From assembly GCA_046045965.1 (NCBI GenBank), contig JBJOKS010000004.1:128001-192000 (forward strand): a DNA stretch of 64,000 nucleotides, read 5' to 3'. The notes under the pieces were generated by a model. That model worked only from the letters and a program-made list of their open reading frames with translations, was not told the DNA's origin and made no database searches. The DNA comes from Cyanobacteriota bacterium (GTDB taxonomy: Bacteria > Cyanobacteriota > Cyanobacteriia > Cyanobacteriales > Nostocaceae). Of the stretch, positions 33,968-44,139 are shown in pieces; position 1 is the first letter of the stretch, and each line of letters starts with the position of its first letter. A program made the position numbers and the translations under genes.

Positions 33968-34798
33968 TTAAACTTCGGATCTATCTGTTAAAATCTCATA
34001 ACCGCTTTCTGTGACTAACACCGTATGCTCAAATTGAGCAGACAAAGCATTATCCACAGTCACCGCAGTCCATCTATCAGCTAAAATTCGGGTATTTTTA
34101 GAACCAGCATTCACAATAGGTTCAATTGCTAAAGTCATCCCAGCACGTAATTTCACATTAGGAATATCACGAGTCCGATAGTTAAAAACCGCTGGTTCTT
34201 CGTGTAAATTTCTACCTACTCCATGACCAGTGAATTGTTCAACTACACTAAACTTATTAAGTTTTACATGGTCTTCAATCGCACCAGCAATTTCTGATAG
34301 GTGGACACCAGCTTTTACCTGTTCAATGCCTTTAAATAAAGCTTCTTCTGCCACTTGAATCAATCTAGCCGCTTCTGGAGTTACATCACCCACGGCAATT
34401 GTTATACAAGAGTCACCGTGAAATCCCTGGTAATAAGCTCCTGTATCAACTTTTAAGACATCTCCAGCACGAATTACTTTTTTTGGACTAGGAATACCAT
34501 GTACAACTTCATTATTGATACTAGAACAAATGGAAGCCGGAAAACCGTGATATCCTTTAAAGCTAGGTGTTGCACCCATTTCCCGGATACGTTTTTCTGC
34601 GTGAGCATCTAAGTCAGCGGTTGTCATTCCTGGCTGGACTAGCTCGGAAATTTCTTTGAGAACTGTGGCCACAATCTTAGCTGATTGTCGCATAATTTCA
34701 ATCTCGCGGGGAGATTTTATTTCAATGCCCCGGCGTTGTCTGGGTGCGGGTTTTGGCTGCACTGGTTGAGAAAGTAAGTTGCTGAAAATGTTCATCAT
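33968..34798 (-). CDS. map: Methionine aminopeptidase
   Basis: VVHGIP, VDTG...HGDS, GHGVG..LHEEP, AIEP, AQFEHT. Confidence 0.96.
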   Translation of the reverse strand: MMNIFSNLLSQPVQPKPAPRQRRGIEIKSPREIEIMRQSAKIVATVLKEISELVQPGMTTADLDAHAEKRIREMGATPSFKGYHGFPASICSSINNEVVHGIPSPKKVIRAGDVLKVDTGAYYQGFHGDSCITIAVGDVTPEAARLIQVAEEALFKGIEQVKAGVHLSEIAGAIEDHVKLNKFSVVEQFTGHGVGRNLHEEPAVFNYRTRDIPNVKLRAGMTLAIEPIVNAGSKNTRILADRWTAVTVDNALSAQFEHTVLVTESGYEILTDRSEV

Positions 34799-35094
34799 GA
34801 AATTTAGTAATTACCGATGCTTTACGGCTTAGGTTTCAATCTGTTGAGATTTATTGAGAAAAATATCTATATTTACGTTAACTTATTTTGCGCTTCTGAA
34901 GAAACACAGGTTTTTGGTAATGGGTAATGGGTAGCTCTGGAGAAAGCATTAAAAAGTATTCATAAGTTTTTTCAATATCGATTTTGCCAAATTAGTTAAA
35001 CTTACTTTTTTTCTCAATAACTACCCTTTATTCTCAATATTATTGACATTATTATCAATATTTTGACGAGTTTACGTCTTTTCAGCGATTGATA

Positions 35095-35123
35095 TTGACT
35101 TAGTGACTTTTTTGGGGTACTAT
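35095..35123 (+). promoter_or_regulatory. Putative promoter, plus strand
   Basis: TTGACT-N17-TACTAT. Confidence 0.45.
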
Positions 35124-35193
35124 ATAGTAAAATCCAATGGATTTATAGATGATTTTATAATTATTGCAAGATAGTTCTTCCTCGTCAAAACTA

Positions 35194-35222
35194 ATTATAT
35201 CAGGTTTTCTGGTCGTTGTCAA
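35194..35222 (-). promoter_or_regulatory. Perfect-consensus sigma70 promoter
   Basis: Minus strand TTGACA-ACGACCAGAAAACCTGA(17)-TATAAT. Confidence 0.75.
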
Positions 35223-35307
35223 CACCCTAACCTCTCTATTTTGCAGATTTTTCATTCAAAAAATTACAACTAGAAATTCTGTAAATCCTGATTCTGACAA
35301 ACATAGA

Positions 35308-35793
35308 TTATGATTTAATTACTATCTCTCCAGTCATTCCTGCTTCTGAATGTCCAGGGATGGTACAACGTAAACTATATTTTCCGGGTTTGAGAGGAAC
35401 AAAAACCCATTCTGCTTCTGCACCGGGTTTGAGTTCTAGTTCGTGAATAGCTCCTTTAATTTCCACATTCCCAGCTTCGACTTTTTGTGTCCATATCCCA
35501 TCAGCGAAATCTTTACTTGTAAAATAATGCTTGACTGGGCTAGGATTGGTTAAAACCAGTTTGTACCGTTTACCAGCTGGAAATTCCAGAAAATTTGGTT
35601 CAAATTTCAACTCACCCGCAGCATTTCCCAAACTGACGGTAATTTCTGTTGGTGCTTGTTTGAGTATATCACCAGCTAAATTCTCTGCTATTGCACAAGT
35701 TGCATCTGTGAAACCTAGATAAACCAAGAATGTAAATAAACAAATAAATGTATATAGATGTTTGGTAATTTGGTTGATTATGTAGATACACAT
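35308..35793 (-). CDS. Cupredoxin (plastocyanin/azurin-like) exported protein
   Basis: KHYF...CTIPGHSEAGM type-1 copper ligands; start uncertain. Confidence 0.85.
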   Translation of the reverse strand: MCIYIINQITKHLYTFICLFTFLVYLGFTDATCAIAENLAGDILKQAPTEITVSLGNAAGELKFEPNFLEFPAGKRYKLVLTNPSPVKHYFTSKDFADGIWTQKVEAGNVEIKGAIHELELKPGAEAEWVFVPLKPGKYSLRCTIPGHSEAGMTGEIVIKS

Positions 35794-35881
35794 AATTAAA
35801 GGTAGAGTTGGTTTGTAGTGAGTGATTTATCGCTCAAGCTGAGATTTTTCAGGACTAAAGTCCTTGCTACATAAGTTTTTG

Positions 35882-38698
35882 TCACTTAATAGAATTATCT
35901 GCGATTATTGCAGGTCCAACTGTCACTACTACAAATTTATCAGGATCGAGTAACTGACGAGCAAGAGAATTAACTTCGTTTTTGGTGACTTGCTGGAGTT
36001 TTTCCGCAAAAGTCTGTAATTCCAGTTTGTCTAGTCCAAAAACTTCGTTCGTTAGAATTCTAGCGGTTAATTGCTCTGGTTTAGACAGAGAAATATTATA
36101 GTTACTAATCAAAGTACGTTTAGCGGTTTCAATTTCCTGTGTGGTGACACCTTGTTGATGAAGTTGTTTTAATAGTTGACGGGTAGTTGCGATCGCTTGA
36201 TTAGCGTCTTCTGGACTGGTTTGCATTTCAATCAAAAATGTCCCAGTGTTTTTTCCTCCTTGGAAGTTGCTATAAATTCCGTAGGTTAAACCCAAGCGAT
36301 CGCGCACTTCTGCACCTAGTCTACCAGATAAGGTATCGCCTCCCAAAATTTGATTCAACACCAAAGCTTGATAAAATCTCGGATCTTGGCGTTTAACACC
36401 TGTATAACCCATGTAGGTGACAGCTTGAGATTTACCAGGGAGAACAGAATTAACATGGATTCCCTTATCAGCCATGACCACAGTTGGATATTCTACCATC
36501 AGTGGTTTACCATTGACTCGCCAATCACCAAGTTGAGTTTCGATGAGCGATCGCACTGATTCTACATCAAAATCACCCACTAATACTAATACCATCGTAT
36601 CTGGTCGATAATGTTGTTGTCGAAAAGCGATGACATCCTCTCGTTTAATTTTCTGTATACTTTCTAAAGTTGGAAAAATATGCAATGGATGATTTTGCGG
36701 ATAAATTGCTTGAATAAATTTCCGGTTAGCTACCTCATCAACATCGTCTAATTCTAGCTTGACATCATTTACAGCCTGTTGACGACTTATTTCCAACTCT
36801 TTACCGGGAAATGTACTATTTTTGACAACATCTGTCATCGTCTCCAGTAAAACAGGTAAGTCTTCCCGCAAACTTCTACCCTGAATACGCACACCTTCCC
36901 GCAATGCGGTAAAATCTAAACTTGCTCCCCGTGCTGCTAAAGTTTGAGCGATCGCTAATGTATCCTTGGTTTTAGTCCCATTCATCAAATTATTCGCTAC
37001 CAAAGACGCTAAACCCGCTTTTTCAGGTTTTTCAAATTCCCTACCCGCTTTGATATAACCACCTAAAGTCACCGTCGGACTACTCTTGTCTGGTAATAAT
37101 AACACCCGCAACCCATTGGCAAAAGTTAATCTTTGTGGTATTGGTTGATTGAGATTATTAGTAGTATCATCCGTGGTTGGTAAATACTTCCTGATGTCAG
37201 CAGCAGCAACAGTTACCCCAGCAGTTAAATTTTCTGCGGTTGCAGATGAAGAGGAAGAAGATGATAAATTATGATCATCCTTGGCATTTTGTTGAGGTTC
37301 AAAAAAACCAACTGCTGCTGCTTCTGGTTTCAAATACTTATTGATTACATCTATCACATCCGCTGCTTTTACCTTGCGGACATTTTCTAAATATCGTTCT
37401 GTATATCTATAATCATCTGCAATTAGCTGATCATTAGCAAATTGTTGACCTTGACTCAGCAGATCACGCCTGTTTAAAATTACAGATGCTATAAGTTGGT
37501 TTTTAGCGCGTTCAACTTCCTCTGATGTGACTCCTGTTTTGACAAGTTTCGTAATTGCGCTTTTGGTGACAGCATCTATTTTCTGTAAATCTTGATTTGG
37601 TGCAGCAGTCACCGATAAATCATACCAACCAATTGCTCGCAAACTGGCAACATGAGCAGAAATATCAGTTGCTAAACCTGATTTTACCAAAGCCTGAGAC
37701 AAATAAGAATTTTTGCCCCCAGTCAAAATATAATCCATCACTCCCAAAACTGGAAGATCGGGATGATTTAAATTGGGAAGTGGATAAATTAGCTGTAACA
37801 GTTTACCCGCACCTGGTTCTTTTAAAACTATAGGAGAAGTTGGTATTTGGGGAGTTGGGAAGTCTGGAAATTTGGAAGGTTGTTGACTTTTGGGAATTTT
37901 ACCAAAAATCTCTTTAACTGTTGCTAAAGTTTGTGGAGTTGGGAAATCTCCAACAATCACCAAGATCGCATGATCAGGATGATAGTATCTTTCATAATAT
38001 TCCCGCACCTGCTCAACTGTCAACTTCTCCACATCAGCTTGAGTACCACCCGTAGGTAAACCATAACCATGATCAGGAAATACAGACTGCATCACAGCAC
38101 GCTTGAGGCGGTATTTAGGACTATTTTCATAACCCCGTAACTCAGAAATGACTACCCGCTGTTCACTTGCTAGTTGCTGATGATCAAAATGCAAATTTTG
38201 CATCCTGTCTGCTTCCAGTTCCAGCAGTGCTTTCAGTTTATCCCGTTCCGCAGTATTGTAATATGCCGTTTGCTCATAACTGGTAAAAGCATTAGAATCA
38301 CTACCCAAAGCACTAAATAACTTTCCAAACTGAATGGGACGGTTTTTTGTGCCTTTAAACATCAGATGCTCCAACTGGTGAGCAATACCATTTATTCCTG
38401 GAGCTTCCTTGGCTGATCCAATATTATACCACACTTGCACAGTTACAACTGGTGCATTATGAACTTCTTTCGTTAAAACAGTTAAGCCATTTTCCAGCAC
38501 TGTCTTTTCGACATTGTTTGTCACTGTAAGATTATTTGTTTTTTCGTTTACGAATATTTGCTGAGAATGTTCCCAGGTTGCTGTCATAAAATTGTGGCCG
38601 TTGGCAGACAGAAACTTCAACAAAAACACTGCTATCAGCGAGAAAGTGAATAAAAATAGAGGAACACGATAACGATGGAAGCCAGAAATAACAAACAT
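35882..38698 (-). CDS. M16 family zinc peptidase (two-module)
   Basis: HQLEHLMFKG (HxxEH), NAFTS, ILGG...RL..EVR...GLTYGI. Confidence 0.93.
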   Translation of the reverse strand: MFVISGFHRYRVPLFLFTFSLIAVFLLKFLSANGHNFMTATWEHSQQIFVNEKTNNLTVTNNVEKTVLENGLTVLTKEVHNAPVVTVQVWYNIGSAKEAPGINGIAHQLEHLMFKGTKNRPIQFGKLFSALGSDSNAFTSYEQTAYYNTAERDKLKALLELEADRMQNLHFDHQQLASEQRVVISELRGYENSPKYRLKRAVMQSVFPDHGYGLPTGGTQADVEKLTVEQVREYYERYYHPDHAILVIVGDFPTPQTLATVKEIFGKIPKSQQPSKFPDFPTPQIPTSPIVLKEPGAGKLLQLIYPLPNLNHPDLPVLGVMDYILTGGKNSYLSQALVKSGLATDISAHVASLRAIGWYDLSVTAAPNQDLQKIDAVTKSAITKLVKTGVTSEEVERAKNQLIASVILNRRDLLSQGQQFANDQLIADDYRYTERYLENVRKVKAADVIDVINKYLKPEAAAVGFFEPQQNAKDDHNLSSSSSSSATAENLTAGVTVAAADIRKYLPTTDDTTNNLNQPIPQRLTFANGLRVLLLPDKSSPTVTLGGYIKAGREFEKPEKAGLASLVANNLMNGTKTKDTLAIAQTLAARGASLDFTALREGVRIQGRSLREDLPVLLETMTDVVKNSTFPGKELEISRQQAVNDVKLELDDVDEVANRKFIQAIYPQNHPLHIFPTLESIQKIKREDVIAFRQQHYRPDTMVLVLVGDFDVESVRSLIETQLGDWRVNGKPLMVEYPTVVMADKGIHVNSVLPGKSQAVTYMGYTGVKRQDPRFYQALVLNQILGGDTLSGRLGAEVRDRLGLTYGIYSNFQGGKNTGTFLIEMQTSPEDANQAIATTRQLLKQLHQQGVTTQEIETAKRTLISNYNISLSKPEQLTARILTNEVFGLDKLELQTFAEKLQQVTKNEVNSLARQLLDPDKFVVVTVGPAIIADNSIK

Positions 38699-38784
38699 AT
38701 ATTTTCTAGATATAAGTAAATAAGACTACAACTTTTTTACCTATACAGCGAAAGTTTAAATTTTCTGGAAAATTTTCAGAAGAA

Positions 38785-38850
38785 GGAGTCAGGAGTCAGG
38801 AGTCAGGAGGCAGGAGGCAGGAGTCAGGAGGCAGGAGGCAGGAGTCAGGA
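38785..38850. repeat. STRR heptamer array (AGGAGTC/AGGAGGC)
   Basis: About nine tandem units. Confidence 0.85.
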
Positions 38851-38884
38851 TAAAGAAGAAAGAAGAAAGAAGAAAGAAACAAAT

Positions 38885-39343
38885 TTATTCCCTGTTCCCT
38901 GTTCCCCGTTCCCCGTTCCCTATATTTGACAAAAACCGGATAAACTCCAAAGGTAAACCATCAGCGTCAGCGATGAAAGCGACTTCTAGGATGCGATCGC
39001 CTATTTGTTGTTGAGTTGGTTCTAAAAGAATGTTGAGGGGTTGCAACTCAGATACAGCAGAGATTTTCGCTTTTAAGTCTAACAACCAAATATATAAATC
39101 TGGTACAGTTGCGGTTAAATCAAAAGAAAGATGATAATAACCCACATAATGCTCATCTGCAAAAGCATCAGGTGCGGGTTTTGGCTGAGGAATTTGGATC
39201 AGTTCAATGCGGCTATCTAATCCTTCCATCCAGCAAGCTAAAGTATAACCTGTAGTAAAGCGATCGCCAACCGTAAAACCTAACTGTTCATAGAAAGCGA
39301 TCGCACGGTGAATATTAGCAGTCCGAATAGAAGCATGGTGCAT
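38885..39343 (-). CDS. VOC/glyoxalase family protein
   Basis: MHHASIRT, YYHLSF, FIADADGLPLEF. Confidence 0.85.
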   Translation of the reverse strand: MHHASIRTANIHRAIAFYEQLGFTVGDRFTTGYTLACWMEGLDSRIELIQIPQPKPAPDAFADEHYVGYYHLSFDLTATVPDLYIWLLDLKAKISAVSELQPLNILLEPTQQQIGDRILEVAFIADADGLPLEFIRFLSNIGNGERGTGNRE

Positions 39344-39378
39344 AAAATTTGTTAAATGTCAAGAGTTAGTTATTAGGG

Positions 39379-39541
39379 TCTGGGGACTGGGGACTGGTGA
39401 CTGGGGACTGGTGACTGGGGACTGGTGACTGGTGACTGGGAATAAATATGTTTCTTTATCCTGACTCCTGCCTCCTGCCTCCTGCCTCCTGACTCCTGAC
39501 TCCTGACTCCTGCCTCCTGCCTCCCCACACCCTACACCCTA
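39379..39541. repeat. STRR heptamer arrays (GGGGACT/GGTGACT; CTGACTC/CTGCCTC)
   Basis: Two tandem blocks between the VOC and TIGR02652 genes. Confidence 0.85.
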
Positions 39542-39548
39542 CTGACAA

Positions 39549-40061
39549 CTATTCAAACAGTCGAAAATAAGGATAACGTACTGGTACACCAGGTTCTTTA
39601 TCCAAATCAAAATTAATCACATCCCAGGATGGATCTTCAGTGGGATCTGGTCCAAATTCCACAGGTAAGCCATACAAACGAGCAGCACCAGCTTCTGGTT
39701 GTCCAGAACGCCAAGGACTACTACGCTCCAAATAACCACTCATCAACTCTTGATAGCGGCGGGCAATAACGACCCTTGTAGCACGAAAGCCTTGAGTATA
39801 CAACTTATCTAAAGCCTCGTGAATTTCAAAGCGAATACCGTCAGGATGAGTATGTTGTCGATACCATTCATTATTCCACCTACGCCAATGACGACCCGAC
39901 TGGAGATGTACCAACTCTCCCGTTTTCGGGTTTGCCTCAAAAGCGCCATGACGCGTACACAGATAGGTATCAGTCAGCGTTAGCGCCGGAATAGTCTGGC
40001 GACAGTGAGGACACTGTATTTCAGGTCCAAATATTGGGTACTGTAAGCCTGGATTCATCAT
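39549..40061 (-). CDS. TIGR02652-family cyanobacterial protein
   Basis: YPIFGPEIQCPHCRQ...YLC.RHGAFEA...RQHTHPDGIRFEIHEALD. Confidence 0.8.
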   Translation of the reverse strand: MMNPGLQYPIFGPEIQCPHCRQTIPALTLTDTYLCTRHGAFEANPKTGELVHLQSGRHWRRWNNEWYRQHTHPDGIRFEIHEALDKLYTQGFRATRVVIARRYQELMSGYLERSSPWRSGQPEAGAARLYGLPVEFGPDPTEDPSWDVINFDLDKEPGVPVRYPYFRLFE

Positions 40062-40300
40062 GAAGTGTGTACAAGCATAATTTTACTTTTACCAGCACCA
40101 ATAGGTTGGATTTAACACTTCGGCTCTGCTACTTTGAGTTAGTTGCTTACCGCCACACAAGAGGGAGTTGCCGCAAAAACAATTTTTAGCAGTTTTTTCC
40201 GTAGCGTACAGACCAAACGGCTGTGATATCCTGGTTGTGCAACCAGCCTCAAAGGTTGGAGTTTTTCCAGTGTTCCTGGGTACCATATCAATATTCTATC

Positions 40301-40822
40301 GTGTCTACTGTTTCCTACTGGACATCTCCCGATTTTTCTCAAGCCGCCTTTATCGCCACCAACGCCGTTGTTGTCGGATCAGTCAACATAGCAGCAGGGG
40401 TAAGCATCTGGTATGGTGCAGTAGTGAGGGGGGATGTAGAACGCATTGAAATCGGCGAATGCACAAACATACAGGATGGAGCCATTTTACATGGTGATCC
40501 TGGTCTGCCCATCATCTTAGAAGATCATGTTACTATAGGACATCGTGCCGTGGTACATTCTGCCCATATTGAACGTGGAAGTTTAATTGGCATCGGGGCA
40601 ATAATTTTAAATGGGGTCAGAGTTGGTCATAGTAGCATCATTGGCGCTGGTGCGGTAGTAACCAAAGACATACCTCCATTTTCCCTAGTCGTAGGCATCC
40701 CCGCGAAAATAGTCCGTCAACTCACAGACACCGAAGCCGCAGAACTGATAGAACACGCCGAAAAATACCACAAATTAGCCCTCGTTCACGCCGGCAAAGG
40801 GACTGATATTGGGTTTAAGTAG
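40301..40822 (+). CDS. Gamma-carbonic-anhydrase-like hexapeptide protein
   Basis: VVRGD, NIQDGAILH, TIGHRAVVH; GTG at 40301 preferred. Confidence 0.9.
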   Translation: MSTVSYWTSPDFSQAAFIATNAVVVGSVNIAAGVSIWYGAVVRGDVERIEIGECTNIQDGAILHGDPGLPIILEDHVTIGHRAVVHSAHIERGSLIGIGAIILNGVRVGHSSIIGAGAVVTKDIPPFSLVVGIPAKIVRQLTDTEAAELIEHAEKYHKLALVHAGKGTDIGFK

Positions 40823-41003
40823 GGGACTGGGGACTCTTTACTGGGGACTGGGTAGAAAAAATAAAGTCTTTATCCTGACTCCTGACTCCTGAACTTCATC
40901 ATTCTTTACACTTCCCCTTGGAAAAATACCCCACTTCAGATAAAAATAAAAATTGATAACTGTTGACAAAACTTTAATTTCCACATAACAGAGGCTTCTA
41001 AAT

Positions 41004-41129
41004 ATGGACATTGATACCCGTGTAGTCATCGTTTTAGCACCATTAGCCATTGCAGCAGGTTGGGCTGCTTTTAATATCGGTGCAGCTGCAATTAGACAAG
41101 TACAAAACTTTTTGAACAAAGAAGCTTAA
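41004..41129 (+). CDS. psbY: Photosystem II protein Y
   Basis: Manual translation [41 protein letters not shown]. Confidence 0.92.
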   Translation: MDIDTRVVIVLAPLAIAAGWAAFNIGAAAIRQVQNFLNKEA

Positions 41130-41132
41130 TTA

Positions 41133-41285
41133 AGGGAACAGGGAACAGGGAACAGGGAACAGGGAACAGGGAACAGGGAACAGGGAACAGAAGGCAAAAG
41201 GCAGGAAGTAATATATTATTTACCCCACCTTCCTATCTCCCCAGTCCCCAGTCCCCAGTCCCCAGTCCCCAGTCCCCAGTCCCCA
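41133..41285. repeat. STRR arrays (GGGAACA)n and (CCCCAGT)n
   Basis: About eight and six tandem heptamers between psbY and folC. Confidence 0.9.
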
Positions 41286-41291
41286 ATACCC

Positions 41292-42596
41292 ATGAACATC
41301 AACTCTTTACTTCAACCCTTTCAACACTTTGGCGTTAATCTGGGACTCTCCCGCATTGTCAAATTATTAGCAAATCTTGACAATCCCCATGATCAAGTTC
41401 CTATAATCCATGTTGCTGGAACTAATGGCAAAGGTTCTGTATGTGCTTACCTGTCTTCTGTCCTCACTGAAGCTGGTTATCGCACAGGCAGATATACTTC
41501 ACCTCATTTAATAGATTGGCATGAGCGCATTTGTGTTAATGAACAGCCAATCACTTCAAAAAACCTGTTTCAATTAATACAGCAAGTTCAAGCCGCCATA
41601 GACCCAAACGAAGAATCACCGACCCAATTTGAAGTAATTACCGCAGCAGCTTGGTTATATTTTGCACAGCAAAAAGTTGATATAGCTGTGGTGGAAGTAG
41701 GGCTAGGAGGGCGTTTAGATGCGACTAATGTTTGTGAAAAGCCTTTAGTAACAGTAATCACCTCAATTAGTAGAGAACATTGGCAACAATTAGGACCCAC
41801 AATAGCTGATATTGCCAGAGAAAAAGCAGGTATAATTAAAGCTGGATGTCCTGTAATTATGGGACAATTACCAGCAGAAGCCCAAAAAGTCGTAATATCT
41901 CGCAGTTTAGAATTACAAAGTCCTCTTATTAAACCTCAACCTGCTGAGGAAATTAACCCAGGATGGGCAGAATATCAAAGAATTAAAAATGAAAAATTTA
42001 AAATTAAAAATTCAGAGACAATTAAATATAAATTACCATTAAAAGGGCAAATTCAATTAACAAATTCTGCCTTAGCTTTAGCAACATTAGAAATATTACA
42101 ACAACAAGGCTGGCAAATTTCTGAACAAGCGATTATTCAAGGAATAGAAAAAACAAAATGGCCAGGAAGAATGCAATGGTTCACCTGGAAGAATAAACAG
42201 AATAATCAAGATTATCAATTATTAATTGATGGCGCACACAACCCAGCATCAGCAGCAGTTTTGAGAAATTATGTAGATAGTTTCTATGATAAAAGTATAA
42301 CTTGGTTAATGGGAATGTTAGCCACTAAAGATCATGGTGACATTTTTCAAGAATTACTAAAACCAGGAGATAAATTATATTTAGTACCTGTTCCAAATAG
42401 TAATTATGCTAATCTTGATGATTTAAAAAAATTAGCTTTAGAAATTTGTCCAGATTTAGGTTTTTGCAGCACCTATGAAGATGTATTTTCGGCTTTAGAT
42501 GCTGCTTTCACCTCTTCAGAAAATAAAGATAACCTAGTTGTTTTATGTGGTTCTCTTTATTTAATTGGGCATTTTTTAGGGAATTGGGAAAAATAA
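41292..42596 (+). CDS. folC: Folylpolyglutamate synthase/dihydrofolate synthase
   Basis: HVAGTNGKGS, YTSPHL, EVGLGGRLDATN, WPGR, DGAHN, CGSLYL. Confidence 0.95.
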   Translation: MNINSLLQPFQHFGVNLGLSRIVKLLANLDNPHDQVPIIHVAGTNGKGSVCAYLSSVLTEAGYRTGRYTSPHLIDWHERICVNEQPITSKNLFQLIQQVQAAIDPNEESPTQFEVITAAAWLYFAQQKVDIAVVEVGLGGRLDATNVCEKPLVTVITSISREHWQQLGPTIADIAREKAGIIKAGCPVIMGQLPAEAQKVVISRSLELQSPLIKPQPAEEINPGWAEYQRIKNEKFKIKNSETIKYKLPLKGQIQLTNSALALATLEILQQQGWQISEQAIIQGIEKTKWPGRMQWFTWKNKQNNQDYQLLIDGAHNPASAAVLRNYVDSFYDKSITWLMGMLATKDHGDIFQELLKPGDKLYLVPVPNSNYANLDDLKKLALEICPDLGFCSTYEDVFSALDAAFTSSENKDNLVVLCGSLYLIGHFLGNWEK

Positions 42597-42628
42597 AATA
42601 AATAAATTACCCAGTCCCCAGTCCCCGA

Positions 42629-43930
42629 TCACTTATTATCCCATTGTTGTGCTGCATCTGCTACAGCTTTATCAACCGTTTTTTGTCCTAACATTGCTGC
42701 TTGGATATTTTCATAAATTGCCTTTTGTAAGAGTTTAAAATCTTTCATTTTCGGAGTTAAAACTTCAGCTTTTTGCATTTGTTCAGCACTGATAATTCTG
42801 CCTTTTTCCACAGTTGAAGCATTAGTAGGAACTTCCTTAAAATAACTGTCAGATAATGCTTTCACCGTTGATGGTAGGACGTTAGCGGCTTTAGCAAAAG
42901 CTAATTGATTTTCGTCATTAGTGACAAACAAAGCAAATTTCACTGCTGCGTCAGGGTTTTTGGTAGCACGGGGAATGACAATATTCATTACAGCCACATT
43001 TTTCTTACCAGTATTACCTGTAATTTGAGGTGCGATCGCGGAAACTTTAGCTATTTGTGGTGCATTATTAGAAATAGTCTTCAAAAACTCAGGACCAGAA
43101 GCCAAAAACGCCGTTTCCCCAGATTGGTATAAATCAATAGCATGACGGTGTCCTTGTGTCAATGCTTCTTTAGGTAGTAATCCTTGCTTATACAAATCTA
43201 CCCAATACTGAAAAGCTGCTTTACCTTCAGGGGTATTAAAAGCCGCTTTACCCTCAGCATTTACTAAAATAACACCCATTTGTACAAAAGATTCCAACAC
43301 TTCACCAGAATCTTGAGGTACAAAAGTGGCAAAAAAAGCGTATTTACCAGTTTTATCTTTAATTTGTTGTGCCGCTTGCGCTAATTCTGTATAAGTTGCA
43401 GGTGGTTTTGTGATACCCGCTTGTTTGAGCAAATCAGTGTTATAAATAGTTAATCTCGTGGTCAGATACCAAGGAATACCAAAACTCTTACCATTGAGGG
43501 TACTAGCTTGCCAAATATTGGGCAAATAGGCAGAACGGACTTCACTAGGGACTTTTGCATCCAAATCTAACCAGGCATTTCGTCCCGCTAGTTGGGAAGC
43601 AAAATCTGGGTTAAGGTTAACAACATCTGGTGGCGTTTTTGCGGAGACAGCTGTTAAAATCTTGTTCTCCATTGCTGACCAAGGTACATCCACCCATTTG
43701 ACTTTGATCCTGGGGTTTTGGGTTTCAAAAGTCGTAATCAGACTTTGGAAGTAGTTGGTAAATTGGGGTTGGAGTTGCATTGTCCAAAACTCAATGGTTG
43801 CAACTTCTGAAGCACCTGGTTTTGTGGTTGTACTAACATTACCTGTGCTGCAACTTACCACCCAACTAGCTAATAAACCAATTAACGCCCAAACAGTTAA
43901 ATGTTTGAATTTTTGCGATCGAATCATCAT
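42629..43930 (-). CDS. Sugar ABC transporter substrate-binding lipoprotein
   Basis: Lipobox VVSC, PPDVV, GIPWY...IYNTDLL..AG..KPP. Confidence 0.88.
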   Translation of the reverse strand: MMIRSQKFKHLTVWALIGLLASWVVSCSTGNVSTTTKPGASEVATIEFWTMQLQPQFTNYFQSLITTFETQNPRIKVKWVDVPWSAMENKILTAVSAKTPPDVVNLNPDFASQLAGRNAWLDLDAKVPSEVRSAYLPNIWQASTLNGKSFGIPWYLTTRLTIYNTDLLKQAGITKPPATYTELAQAAQQIKDKTGKYAFFATFVPQDSGEVLESFVQMGVILVNAEGKAAFNTPEGKAAFQYWVDLYKQGLLPKEALTQGHRHAIDLYQSGETAFLASGPEFLKTISNNAPQIAKVSAIAPQITGNTGKKNVAVMNIVIPRATKNPDAAVKFALFVTNDENQLAFAKAANVLPSTVKALSDSYFKEVPTNASTVEKGRIISAEQMQKAEVLTPKMKDFKLLQKAIYENIQAAMLGQKTVDKAVADAAQQWDNK

Positions 43931-44139
43931 GGTAATATTTTTACGGTTAACAGGGGTGAATAAACAGTGAAAACTTATGCAAAAATGTGGAGATTATAGG
44001 CTATATAGATTACTTAGTAAGTTGGGTAATGGGTAATGGATCATGAGGTAAAAATTCATTCCTTCTCCTGACTCCTGACTCCTGACTCCTTGAACTCCTT
44101 CTCATAAATTTTCCATCTATCAATCTAGCAGGTAAAACT

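Noticed and set aside
38785..41285. Heptamer arrays as possible CRISPR
   Set aside because: Tandem 7-mers without unique spacers and no cas genes; ordinary STRR
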